Assembly (NCBI GenBank): GCA_041657885.1
Contig: JBBABB010000001.1
Span: 129,094-193,093 of the forward strand
DNA: 64,000 bases
From: Minisyncoccota bacterium
Lineage (GTDB): Bacteria > Patescibacteriota > Minisyncoccia > Phycocordibacterales > UBA9973
Direction of reading: 5' to 3'
A model generated the notes under the pieces. That model did no database searches and was not told the origin of the DNA. It saw only the letters and a program-made list of their open reading frames with translations. Shown one piece after another: positions 28,495 to 37,347 of this stretch; the first letter of the stretch is position 1, and each line of letters starts with the position of its first letter. The translations under genes and the position numbers were made by a program.

Positions 28495-29670
28495 TTAAGG
28501 AAGAAGCTGAGAAAAGATAGATTTGAAAAAACTTTTTACTTCTTTTATATTTCCTCCAACAGAATTATTGGATTGGTCGTTTGAAAATTCATCACTTGAT
28601 GATAGTGCAAGTCCGAGTGCTGTGTACCAAGAGTTGTCACGAATTTTAAATTTATTATTCAGAGAATAATCTGCGGGACCAACTCTAGCTGGAAGTTTTA
28701 ATTGCATACGAGCAATTCCCTCTATGTTATTTATGGCGGAACCTCCACCAGTTATTATAATTCCAGCAGGGAGAAGTTCATTGCGTTTGAGACGTTTTAG
28801 ATTGTTGCCTACAAGTTCAAACATATCATTAAGTCGTGCTTCAACAATTTCATCTACTTTTTTCTTTGAATAATCTCCTCCTGTAACACTACCAAGTTTG
28901 ATACTCTCTGCTTCTTCAAGAGATATCCTAAGCCCTAAAGCAATATCTTTTGTAATATCCATACTGCCAATAGGGAATACCAGGACTGATATAGGCAAAT
29001 TATTTTCAAATACAGCGGTTGATACTGTCTCTGCTCCAATGTCCACAAGGACACACCCAGCTATCTTTTGTTTGTTGCTGAGAAGTATATTTCCAGTTAC
29101 TAGTGGAGATGCTATTATTTCTTCTATGTTTATTTTAGCGAGCGAAAATGCTGTAATGAGATCTTCTACGTTTTGTTTTAGGCAAGTTATAAATAGAGTT
29201 TTAACTTCTAATTTAATACCGCGCAAACCCTCGGGTCTGGCATAAATATCTTTCCCGTCTAGTTTGTATCCTATTGGAATAGTGTGAATTATTTTTTTAT
29301 TTAATATATCAAGATTCTCTTCGCTATTAGCTATGACTTTTGCTACATCAAGATTGGTTATTTCTTGGTCTGCCTTTGAGATTATGACTGAACCAGTTGA
29401 GACTGTTGAGCTGAGACTGATTCCACCTATGGAAACATAAGCTCTGCGAATTTTTATTCCTAAAATATTTTCAGCTTGTTTGACGGCCTTTTTAATACTC
29501 TCGGCAACAGCATCTACATTTGTAATATAATCAAAACGCATTCCTTTTGTTTCAGACGTTCCTGTGGTCAGTATGATAGGTTCATTTTTATTTTTATCAA
29601 AACCCATCACTACAACTTTTGTAGATTGTGTACCTATGTCTATGCCGACTGTAGTGTTATTTTTTATCAT
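28495..29670 (-). CDS. ftsA: Cell division protein FtsA
   Basis: VGIDIGTQSTKVVV actin-fold N-terminus, ...IITGGGS... Confidence 0.85.
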   Translation of the reverse strand: MIKNNTTVGIDIGTQSTKVVVMGFDKNKNEPIILTTGTSETKGMRFDYITNVDAVAESIKKAVKQAENILGIKIRRAYVSIGGISLSSTVSTGSVIISKADQEITNLDVAKVIANSEENLDILNKKIIHTIPIGYKLDGKDIYARPEGLRGIKLEVKTLFITCLKQNVEDLITAFSLAKINIEEIIASPLVTGNILLSNKQKIAGCVLVDIGAETVSTAVFENNLPISVLVFPIGSMDITKDIALGLRISLEEAESIKLGSVTGGDYSKKKVDEIVEARLNDMFELVGNNLKRLKRNELLPAGIIITGGGSAINNIEGIARMQLKLPARVGPADYSLNNKFKIRDNSWYTALGLALSSSDEFSNDQSNNSVGGNIKEVKSFFKSIFSQLLP

Positions 29671-29695
29671 GATGAAGAAAAAGAAAGACAATCTC

Positions 29696-30082
29696 TTATG
29701 AAAAAATTTTAAGATATTTTCTCTCCTGCCTCTCCATTATACTACTATGTTCGAAACCTTTCAAATGTAACATTCCGTGGATAACCAAGTATTTTAAAAA
29801 TTGAGGATAAGACATCTCAAAAAGTAAGGCGTCCTTTTTTACCTTGACGGGGTCAATGGTAATTTCCCCTGACATTTTTGAAAGTGGAAAAGAAAGAATG
29901 TTTGTTGTTTCATTTTTTCCTCTGTATTTTTGATTGATTTGTTTTTGTTTTAAAGAAGAGAGAAAACTTATTCCGAGCTCGTATTTTTCTCCTAGGATTT
30001 TATTTTTAATAGATACAAAAGGCAAGCTTGGAAGCTTGCCTTTTGTATAATTTTTAATTGTACAAAAACCAGTGTCTGACAT
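29696..30082 (-). CDS. ybeY: rRNA maturation RNase YbeY
   Basis: HGMLHLKGFEH zinc-binding motif. Confidence 0.85.
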   Translation of the reverse strand: MSDTGFCTIKNYTKGKLPSLPFVSIKNKILGEKYELGISFLSSLKQKQINQKYRGKNETTNILSFPLSKMSGEITIDPVKVKKDALLFEMSYPQFLKYLVIHGMLHLKGFEHSSIMERQERKYLKIFS

Positions 30083-30088
30083 AAATGT

Positions 30089-30340
30089 TTATTTGTGCCC
30101 TCTCTTTTTGAGAATCTTAGTTACTTTACCTAATTTTATAAGTTTTTCTTGATTTTTCTGACGAATTAATCTCTTCAAAGTAGCTCTCTTAATCTTAACT
30201 TTAGATTCAGTTCTTTCATTATATCGCTTACTTTTGACTTTTTGAATAATACCTGACTCTTGTACTTTGCGAGTAAACCGGCGGATAAGATTCATATTGC
30301 TTTCATTTGCATTTTTCTTTACTTCTATAACTGTAATCAT
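30089..30340 (-). CDS. rpsU: 30S ribosomal protein S21
   Basis: MITVIEVKKNANESNMNLIRRFTRKVQESGII... resembles S21 (MPVIKVRENEP..ALRRFKR). TGATAATAT 7 nt upstream of the ATG (minus strand). Confidence 0.65.
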   Translation of the reverse strand: MITVIEVKKNANESNMNLIRRFTRKVQESGIIQKVKSKRYNERTESKVKIKRATLKRLIRQKNQEKLIKLGKVTKILKKRGHK

Positions 30341-30428
30341 GGTTGTTATATTATCATATACTTATAAAAAAGACAAACAAAAAGCCCAGACATACGTCCG
30401 GGCTTGTTCGTTATTCGAAGAGCAATGC

Positions 30429-31556
30429 TTACTTTGGGCTCTCCGGTGTTGTTACCGAGGCTCCAGCTTTTTCCAGGTCGGCTATGTTAGCATTGTGGTA
30501 TTTCACCACGAGCTTAGCAGCCAATTCAGGATACATCTGGTCTTTCACCTTTTCGTCTGTGTAAACGACCGGGTGGTTTTCTCCGGCGAGCTCAAGACTG
30601 GTGAATTTACCGATTTTTTTCACTTTGCCGGGAGCGCTGACGAATGCATTTTGGCAGAAACTAGCGATCCAACCAAGCTCAACCCATTCCTGCGTATCAT
30701 TGTTCCAGTTGAAACCGACAAGGACAGTTGTTTTGTCGAGACCAGTTATGGCAAATCGATCGTAAGATAATGCCATTTTAACAGCACGGGGTTTTGTGGT
30801 TGCGATGGTTTTAATCACAAGGTCGGGCATCACACCTCTTTCTCCCATAGCTGGATGATCAGTTAGCTTTTCAATCAAATTGTCTTCGGTAATAGCCTCG
30901 CCGATTGGATTGTTATTCTCCAACCATTCATCTGTTACTTTTTCCGGAGCGATGATCGGGAGCTGGTTTTTGAGCTTCTCAATTTGAGCGTCTCTGATCG
31001 CTAATCTGTTATCCAATGAGGAAATTCTTTCGAGGTAATGATTAATCAAAGCCTGAATTCTTTTGTTACATGCTCCCTTATCTTCTTTGCGGAATTTTCG
31101 GGAACGGAGCCAGACAAACAAGAAAATTAAAGTAGATAATCCAAATCCAATACAGAAGAAAATCCAAGCCGGAGAAACTTTTTTCTCGGAGTTTGTCTTG
31201 GTAACTACCGGTGGCTGAGCTTCCTTGGGAACATTTGCTTTAGTCCTATTCACACTCGGCAAAGTAGGCCTAAATGCATAGTCGCGATCCCTTTCGTCAA
31301 GGAATTGACCAACTATGCTGGTTTCCGTTTCGCCCGGCAACACTTCGTGCTCAAATATATCTTCAGCATCAAGCTTGAATGCAAGCAGTTGATTGGGGAA
31401 GATTGAATCGGGGTTCGTTACGCCTCTTTCAGCGTTAATTCCTACCGATCTTGCGATAATATTCGCAATTTCAGTTTCGCGTTTAGATACATCCTGGCTG
31501 AATGCCAGAGTCATGCCCACAACGAGCACAAGCGGAAGATAAAAAAACTTTTTCAT
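30429..31556 (-). CDS. Hypothetical secreted/membrane protein encoded by a GC-rich (about 47%) island
   Basis: Signal peptide, central TM (WIFFCIGFGLSTLIFLFVWL), coiled coil. Composition clearly differs from the flanking genes at about 30% GC. Confidence 0.5.
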   Translation of the reverse strand: MKKFFYLPLVLVVGMTLAFSQDVSKRETEIANIIARSVGINAERGVTNPDSIFPNQLLAFKLDAEDIFEHEVLPGETETSIVGQFLDERDRDYAFRPTLPSVNRTKANVPKEAQPPVVTKTNSEKKVSPAWIFFCIGFGLSTLIFLFVWLRSRKFRKEDKGACNKRIQALINHYLERISSLDNRLAIRDAQIEKLKNQLPIIAPEKVTDEWLENNNPIGEAITEDNLIEKLTDHPAMGERGVMPDLVIKTIATTKPRAVKMALSYDRFAITGLDKTTVLVGFNWNNDTQEWVELGWIASFCQNAFVSAPGKVKKIGKFTSLELAGENHPVVYTDEKVKDQMYPELAAKLVVKYHNANIADLEKAGASVTTPESPK

Positions 31557-31697
31557 CGTTCTTAAGTATTAATTTAACAAAAAACACATATATTCAATTA
31601 TTCAGTAGAACTCTATCATATAATTGACAAAATGTCAAGGATGTGTAATCGTAAAATGAGCTAGGCAAGACCTAACTCATTTTGTAATTTAAGAGTT

Positions 31698-33671
31698 TTA
31701 GAGTAAATCCTCCGGGTCAACATTTATAGAAAAAGATAGAGGAAGGTGAGATAATGTCTCGTAGAGAACTTCATCTATTTTTTTCTCCCCATTTTCTATT
31801 AAAGGCCAAAAATCAGGATTAACTTTGATAACTGTGTTTGTAATATACTGACCTTTTATTTTACTGATGAATGCACTAAATATTTGCGGTTCATAATTAC
31901 TTAATAATTTTTCAATAAAATTTCTGGCCTTTTCTGTATCAGGGGCTGTTCCCTCAAAAGTAATTTTTATTAGTCGTTTAAAAGGAGGATAGCCAAAATC
32001 ACATCTCTCTTTCAAGTCCTCTCGACAAAGTGGAAGGACATTGCCACTGATTATATATTGTAGAATTTTATTTTCTGGCATGCGTGTCTGAATTACGAGA
32101 TTATTGGTAGTTACATAATGTAGCTTTTCTATAATGTGTAATATTTTTTGTGTAATGTTGAAACTGGGTATTGAAAAAAGACCATCAAGTGATATCACTG
32201 CGCTTGAGTGAATTTCATCTTGTAGATAAGAGAATACCATTTCAGTTCCGATTAATATACTTCCTGGAGTTTTGCTAAATTGTGTTATGGCGTTTTTTGC
32301 TTCTTTTGGAGTCGGTGTTGCTTCTTTGTCTATTTGGATAACTTTTACCTTGGGATATAAGCTTTTTATCTCCTCATAAACTTTGTCTGTTCCAATTCCA
32401 AGTGGAGTTAAATTCCAACTTGAACATTTTGGGCAACTAATTTCTGTTTTTTCTTTACGACCACATTTATTGCACATAAAAATTCTTGGGGTTGTAGATT
32501 TAGTTGCAGTTATTTGCTTCGTGCCATATAAGACAATGGGAGTAGAGCAAGAAGGGCATAAAAGAGTATTACCACAATCATTACAAACAGTTATAGGAGC
32601 TAATCCTTTACGAACAGAAAATAAAAAAACTGATTTATTTTTTTTAATCGCCACATCAATCATTTTTTTTGTTGTATTAGAAATTGTTGTAAAAACTTTT
32701 TTACCTTTTTCATTCACTTCTTCTTTCATATCCACAACAATTTGACGTTCTGTTTGAGGAAGACGATATAAGGGAGATAATATTTCTCCAAGTTCTCCTT
32801 GTTCGTGTCTATATAATGTCTCTGGACGAAGTAGTGTGTCTCCCAAAATTAGTTTTGTTTTTTGAATTGAAGATAAAACTTCAGCAAAACTTCTTATATC
32901 TATGTAAGGTCTTGCGATTTGTTTGTATGTGTCAGAGCTTTCATGTTCTAAAATAACTGTTTTTATATCAGAGCGAGGTATAGACATAAATATACCAGTA
33001 CCAATAATGAGAATGGGGTGAGTTTCACTTATCGCAGAATTATACATATTTACCAGTTTCTTTTTTGGCATATCAGAGTGAAAAGTAAAAACGTACTGTT
33101 CTATTCCCTTGGCAAGTTCTTTATTGAAATGGTCTATATCATAATGGTTTGGAACACACATAAAGACGGATTCTTTCTTGGCAAATGCTTCTCTGATAAG
33201 AGTGCGATAAAAAGCTAAACGATCAGGTTGAACTGCTTGGAAAATTAATTTTTCATGCTTCGCCTCGCCGGAGCCTTGTGCAGAGGCGGGTTTCGCCTCG
33301 CTTTCATTTTTACCTTCGTTTTTTTTGAGCTTACTTATATTCTCAATAAAAACTGATGGCAAGAGAGATTTAATAACAGAACCAGTATTACTAACTGTAT
33401 ATTTTTTAATTTTTTGACAAGCGATGAAAAAACTTTTATTGAAAGGTGAATCACCTTTTATTTTAATTATTTTTTTTAATTGATAGTCGGCATTTTTGAT
33501 GTCAGATTTTATATCTCTAGCTTCCTCCATATTAATAACAATTGCATCAAAAACTCTAGATCTAACCGGAATAGAAACAATACTTCCAATAGGGATATCA
33601 TTTGCGGAGAAATAAGATAAATATTCCTTTTGAGCTCCTTTTTGTATTGGTATAACAGTAGCGATATACAT
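31698..33671 (-). CDS. priA: Primosomal protein N' (PriA helicase)
   Basis: Cys4 zinc-binding region CNDCGNTLLCPSCS...CNKCGRKE..CPKCSS, helicase motifs. Confidence 0.85.
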   Translation of the reverse strand: MYIATVIPIQKGAQKEYLSYFSANDIPIGSIVSIPVRSRVFDAIVINMEEARDIKSDIKNADYQLKKIIKIKGDSPFNKSFFIACQKIKKYTVSNTGSVIKSLLPSVFIENISKLKKNEGKNESEAKPASAQGSGEAKHEKLIFQAVQPDRLAFYRTLIREAFAKKESVFMCVPNHYDIDHFNKELAKGIEQYVFTFHSDMPKKKLVNMYNSAISETHPILIIGTGIFMSIPRSDIKTVILEHESSDTYKQIARPYIDIRSFAEVLSSIQKTKLILGDTLLRPETLYRHEQGELGEILSPLYRLPQTERQIVVDMKEEVNEKGKKVFTTISNTTKKMIDVAIKKNKSVFLFSVRKGLAPITVCNDCGNTLLCPSCSTPIVLYGTKQITATKSTTPRIFMCNKCGRKEKTEISCPKCSSWNLTPLGIGTDKVYEEIKSLYPKVKVIQIDKEATPTPKEAKNAITQFSKTPGSILIGTEMVFSYLQDEIHSSAVISLDGLFSIPSFNITQKILHIIEKLHYVTTNNLVIQTRMPENKILQYIISGNVLPLCREDLKERCDFGYPPFKRLIKITFEGTAPDTEKARNFIEKLLSNYEPQIFSAFISKIKGQYITNTVIKVNPDFWPLIENGEKKIDEVLYETLSHLPLSFSINVDPEDLL

Positions 33672-33759
33672 ATTTATATCGTACCATATAGATATAAAAT
33701 AAACACAATTTCTGAATTGATAATTTTATGCTATAATCACTTTGTTTCTATACATAATT

Positions 33760-34773
33760 ATGTCTATATTTTTTAAAAAACTAGGGATAGATCTAGGCAC
33801 GGCGAATACGCTGGTATACCTTCCAAACAAAGGGATTGTTTTAAACGAGCCTTCTGTTGTTGCAGTATCAGAGCAAGATAACACTATTCTAGCAATCGGG
33901 ATTGAGGCGAAAGACATGATAGGTAAAACACCTGAGAATATTATTGTGTATCGTCCTATGAAAGATGGTGTTATCGCTGATTACAGAGTGACAGAAGCAA
34001 TGCTTCGATATTTTATTACTAAAACTCTCGGCAAATATAATTTATTTAAACCAGATGTGATGGTTTCTGTTCCAGCCGGAATTACTTCAACAGAACGTCG
34101 GGCAGTTGTTGAGGCAGCAATTAGAGCTGGAGCAAAAAATGCATACGTTGTGAAAGAGCCGATACTAGCAGCTATTGGTGCAGGTATTCCTATTCAAGAA
34201 TCAAAAGGTTATATGATTATGGATATAGGAGGAGGAACGACTGATATAGCGGTTATTGCTCTTGGAGGAATAGTGGCATCAACTTCTGTAAAATGTGCAG
34301 GGGACAAGATAGACCAAGCTATTACTGATTATATTAAGAAAACTTTTAATCTTGCGATTGGAGATAAAACTGCGGAAGCTATTAAAATAAAAATAGGGGC
34401 AGCAGTCCCACTTGAAGAAGAATTAACTATTACGATTAAGGGACGCGATTATATCCAAGGTCTTCCTCGTACAGCACAAATCTCTACCAATGAAATAGTC
34501 AGAGCTATAGATAAAGAGTTACGCACTATGATTGGGGCCGTTAAAGATGTTTTGGCCCTTACTCCACCGGAATTAGCAGCAGATATTATAGATGATGGAA
34601 TAATTATGACTGGTGGGTCAGCACTGCTTCGAAACATGGCTGATTTGGTTTATCGTCGCACGGGGGTAAAAGCTCGTGTTGCCGATGAACCTCTTTTATG
34701 TGTTGCAAAAGGAACAGGAGAAGCACTCAATCATTTAGATACTTACAAGAAAAGTATTTTAAGCAAAAAATAA
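33760..34773 (+). CDS. mreB: Rod shape-determining protein MreB
   Basis: FKKLGIDLGTANTLVY...NEPSVVA. ATG at 33760 chosen over the upstream TTG. Confidence 0.9.
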   Translation: MSIFFKKLGIDLGTANTLVYLPNKGIVLNEPSVVAVSEQDNTILAIGIEAKDMIGKTPENIIVYRPMKDGVIADYRVTEAMLRYFITKTLGKYNLFKPDVMVSVPAGITSTERRAVVEAAIRAGAKNAYVVKEPILAAIGAGIPIQESKGYMIMDIGGGTTDIAVIALGGIVASTSVKCAGDKIDQAITDYIKKTFNLAIGDKTAEAIKIKIGAAVPLEEELTITIKGRDYIQGLPRTAQISTNEIVRAIDKELRTMIGAVKDVLALTPPELAADIIDDGIIMTGGSALLRNMADLVYRRTGVKARVADEPLLCVAKGTGEALNHLDTYKKSILSKK

Positions 34774-34798
34774 CCTAGCCAAAAGCTATCGCATTTAG

Positions 34799-35506
34799 GT
34801 GGGTAAATCTTTCATGTTTGAAGAAAAATTCCCTAAAAATTTATATCATAGTTATGTAATAGAAGGAGAGCCGAACAGAACAGCGACGGAGTTGCTTAAA
34901 TTTTTGGAAGTTCGTGGTGAAGTAGAAAGTCAGAGTCCGGATGTATTATGTCAAGTTTATGAATCGTTTACAATGGACGATAGTGGAGAAATTAAAGATT
35001 GGCATAGCAGACTTGGTATAAGTAAAAGTAAAAAAATTTGTATCTTAGCTACCAAATTTATAAATCGTGAAGCAGAACAGGCACTTTTAAAAATAATAGA
35101 GGAGCCAGCAATTAATACACATTTTTTTATAATTGTTCCAGATGCTTCTCTTTTATTAGATACGATTATATCTAGAACTCATGTAATAAAAATAAAACAA
35201 CCAGCCGATATTGATTTACAAAAATCTGCACTTGCTTTCTTATCATCAACACCCAAGGATAGAATAAATAAAGTCGCCTTAATTATTAAAGAAAATAAGG
35301 ACGAAGAAAATAGTGGTAAATTAAGGTCTTACGCAACTATTTTTATAAATGAGCTGGAGAGTATTGTTTATCAAAAATTCAAAAAAGACAAAAATAATCA
35401 GAAAATTATTTTTGTCTTAAGCGAATTACAAAAAAGCCGAGAATATTTAAGTACCCCAGGAGCTTCAGTTAAAATGATTTTAGAACATTTAGCACTTGTG
35501 ATATAA
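34799..35506 (+). CDS. DNA polymerase III delta'-like subunit (HolB-like)
   Basis: QALLKIIEEPAINTHFFIIVPDASLLLDTIISRTHVIKI matches NALLKTLEEPP..T.FIL.....LLPTI.SRC. Confidence 0.5.
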   Translation: MGKSFMFEEKFPKNLYHSYVIEGEPNRTATELLKFLEVRGEVESQSPDVLCQVYESFTMDDSGEIKDWHSRLGISKSKKICILATKFINREAEQALLKIIEEPAINTHFFIIVPDASLLLDTIISRTHVIKIKQPADIDLQKSALAFLSSTPKDRINKVALIIKENKDEENSGKLRSYATIFINELESIVYQKFKKDKNNQKIIFVLSELQKSREYLSTPGASVKMILEHLALVI

Positions 35507-35547
35507 TAAAGTGGTTAATAATTTGTTCCGCTTTAAATTTAAAAAAT

Positions 35548-36081
35548 ATGGTATACAACACACAAAATTTTAAAATTGAATTAAAAAAGATTGAAGAATG
35601 GTTAGGCAAAGAATATTCACAAGTCCATACTGGGCGAGCAACTCCTATGGTATTAGATAGTATTCTAGTTGAAAGTTATGGAAGTCATATGCCGATAAAA
35701 AATGTCGCAGGGATTACAATAGAAGACCCGAAAACGCTTCGCATTGCTCCGTGGGATAAAAATCAAATTAAAGATATTGAAAATGCAATTAATGCTTCAA
35801 ACCTTGGTTTGTCTGTAGTTTCAGACAGTGATGGAGTTCGAGTAATTTTTCCAATGCTCACCACTGAGAATCGTACAAAGCTCGTAAAAGTTTTAAAAGA
35901 GAAATTGGAAGATGCTCGTATAAGTGTCCGAAAAGAACGCCAGAATGAAATAGATAAATTAGCTGACTTATCAGAAGACGAAAAGAAAAGAGGTAAAGAT
36001 GATATCCAGAAAGTGGTAGACGAGTCCAATAACAACCTAGAAGCGATATTTAATAAAAAAGAAAATGAAATAATGAATTAG
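35548..36081 (+). CDS. frr: Ribosome recycling factor
   Basis: HTGRATPMVLDSILVESYGSHMPIKNVAGI. Confidence 0.9.
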   Translation: MVYNTQNFKIELKKIEEWLGKEYSQVHTGRATPMVLDSILVESYGSHMPIKNVAGITIEDPKTLRIAPWDKNQIKDIENAINASNLGLSVVSDSDGVRVIFPMLTTENRTKLVKVLKEKLEDARISVRKERQNEIDKLADLSEDEKKRGKDDIQKVVDESNNNLEAIFNKKENEIMN

Positions 36082-36084
36082 GAG

Positions 36085-37230
36085 ATGAACATAATTATTT
36101 TCATCATTATTTTACTTGTGCTTGTCGTTTCCCACGAATTTGGGCATTTTATTGTTGCAAAGATGAATAAGATAAGAGTAGACGAATTCTCTTTTGGTTT
36201 CCCCCCAAAACTTTTTGGTAAAAAAATAGGGGAAACAACTTACAATTTTAATCTATTGCCTCTTGGCGGATATGTGAAAATTTTTGGAGAGAGTCTTGAT
36301 GAAGCTGATTTTTTAGAAGTTGGATTTTTAGACAAAGGAGAAACTCCAGAGAAAGTTGAAATGTCAAAAAGAAGTATGGCCTATAAGCCCAAATACATTC
36401 AAGCAATGGTTCTTTTTGCTGGGATTACGATGAACTTACTGGTAGCATGGTTGCTTCTTTCAATTGGCTTTATGTCTGGCCTTCCTACATCAGTGGGTAA
36501 TGCACCCAAAGGAGCAATTATTCAAAATCAAGCTCTTACCATTACAAGTGTACTCGCAGGTTCGCCCGCAGAAATTGGTGGAGTTAAGGTTGGAGATAAA
36601 ATTATATCACTTGATACTCCTACAGATTCAACTCTTCTTTTATCTTCAAATTTGGGAACTGAAAGCGTTCAAACTTTCGTAAAAACTCACGGTGGCGAAA
36701 AAGTAAACCTATCATTAATTCGTGGTAAAGAACCAATGAATGTGATTGTCGTACCAGAGAAAAGCAAAACTGGCGATAGTGTAATGATTGGTATTTCTAT
36801 GGATACGATTGGGACATTGAAATTGCCAATACACAAAGCGATCTGGGAAGGAGCCAAATTAACTTGGGATGTGACAGTTGGAACTGTCATTGGGTTTTAT
36901 AATTTGATAACAAGTGCTGTTGTTGGTAAAGCAGATATAAACTCTCTCACTGGTCCAATAGGGATTGTTGGAGTTGTTGGTGATGCGGCAAAATTTGGAT
37001 TTATTTATCTACTTTCATTCACTGCACTTATTTCAATCAATCTCGCTGTTATAAATCTCGTCCCATTTCCAGCACTTGATGGAGGACGATTGCTATTCTT
37101 ATTGATAGAAAAAATTAAAGGTTCACGCATCAAACCAAAAATCGCAAATACAGTAAATGCAATTGGTTTTGGTTTACTAATGCTTCTAATGGTCATCATA
37201 ACCTATCACGATATTGTGAAATTGCTCTAA
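36085..37230 (+). CDS. rseP: RIP metalloprotease RseP (site-2 protease)
   Basis: HEFGHFIVAK (HExxH), PDZ region, LDGG motif. AGGAG precedes the ATG. Confidence 0.85.
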   Translation: MNIIIFIIILLVLVVSHEFGHFIVAKMNKIRVDEFSFGFPPKLFGKKIGETTYNFNLLPLGGYVKIFGESLDEADFLEVGFLDKGETPEKVEMSKRSMAYKPKYIQAMVLFAGITMNLLVAWLLLSIGFMSGLPTSVGNAPKGAIIQNQALTITSVLAGSPAEIGGVKVGDKIISLDTPTDSTLLLSSNLGTESVQTFVKTHGGEKVNLSLIRGKEPMNVIVVPEKSKTGDSVMIGISMDTIGTLKLPIHKAIWEGAKLTWDVTVGTVIGFYNLITSAVVGKADINSLTGPIGIVGVVGDAAKFGFIYLLSFTALISINLAVINLVPFPALDGGRLLFLLIEKIKGSRIKPKIANTVNAIGFGLLMLLMVIITYHDIVKLL

Positions 37231-37347
37231 AATTACAACACAAATTAAAATTTTAGTAGTCGGACTACTAAAATTTATTATTTTACATTTTAAAAAATAT
37301 ATGATATACTACTAATACATTTGAACGCCTTTTGGCGATTTTATTTT

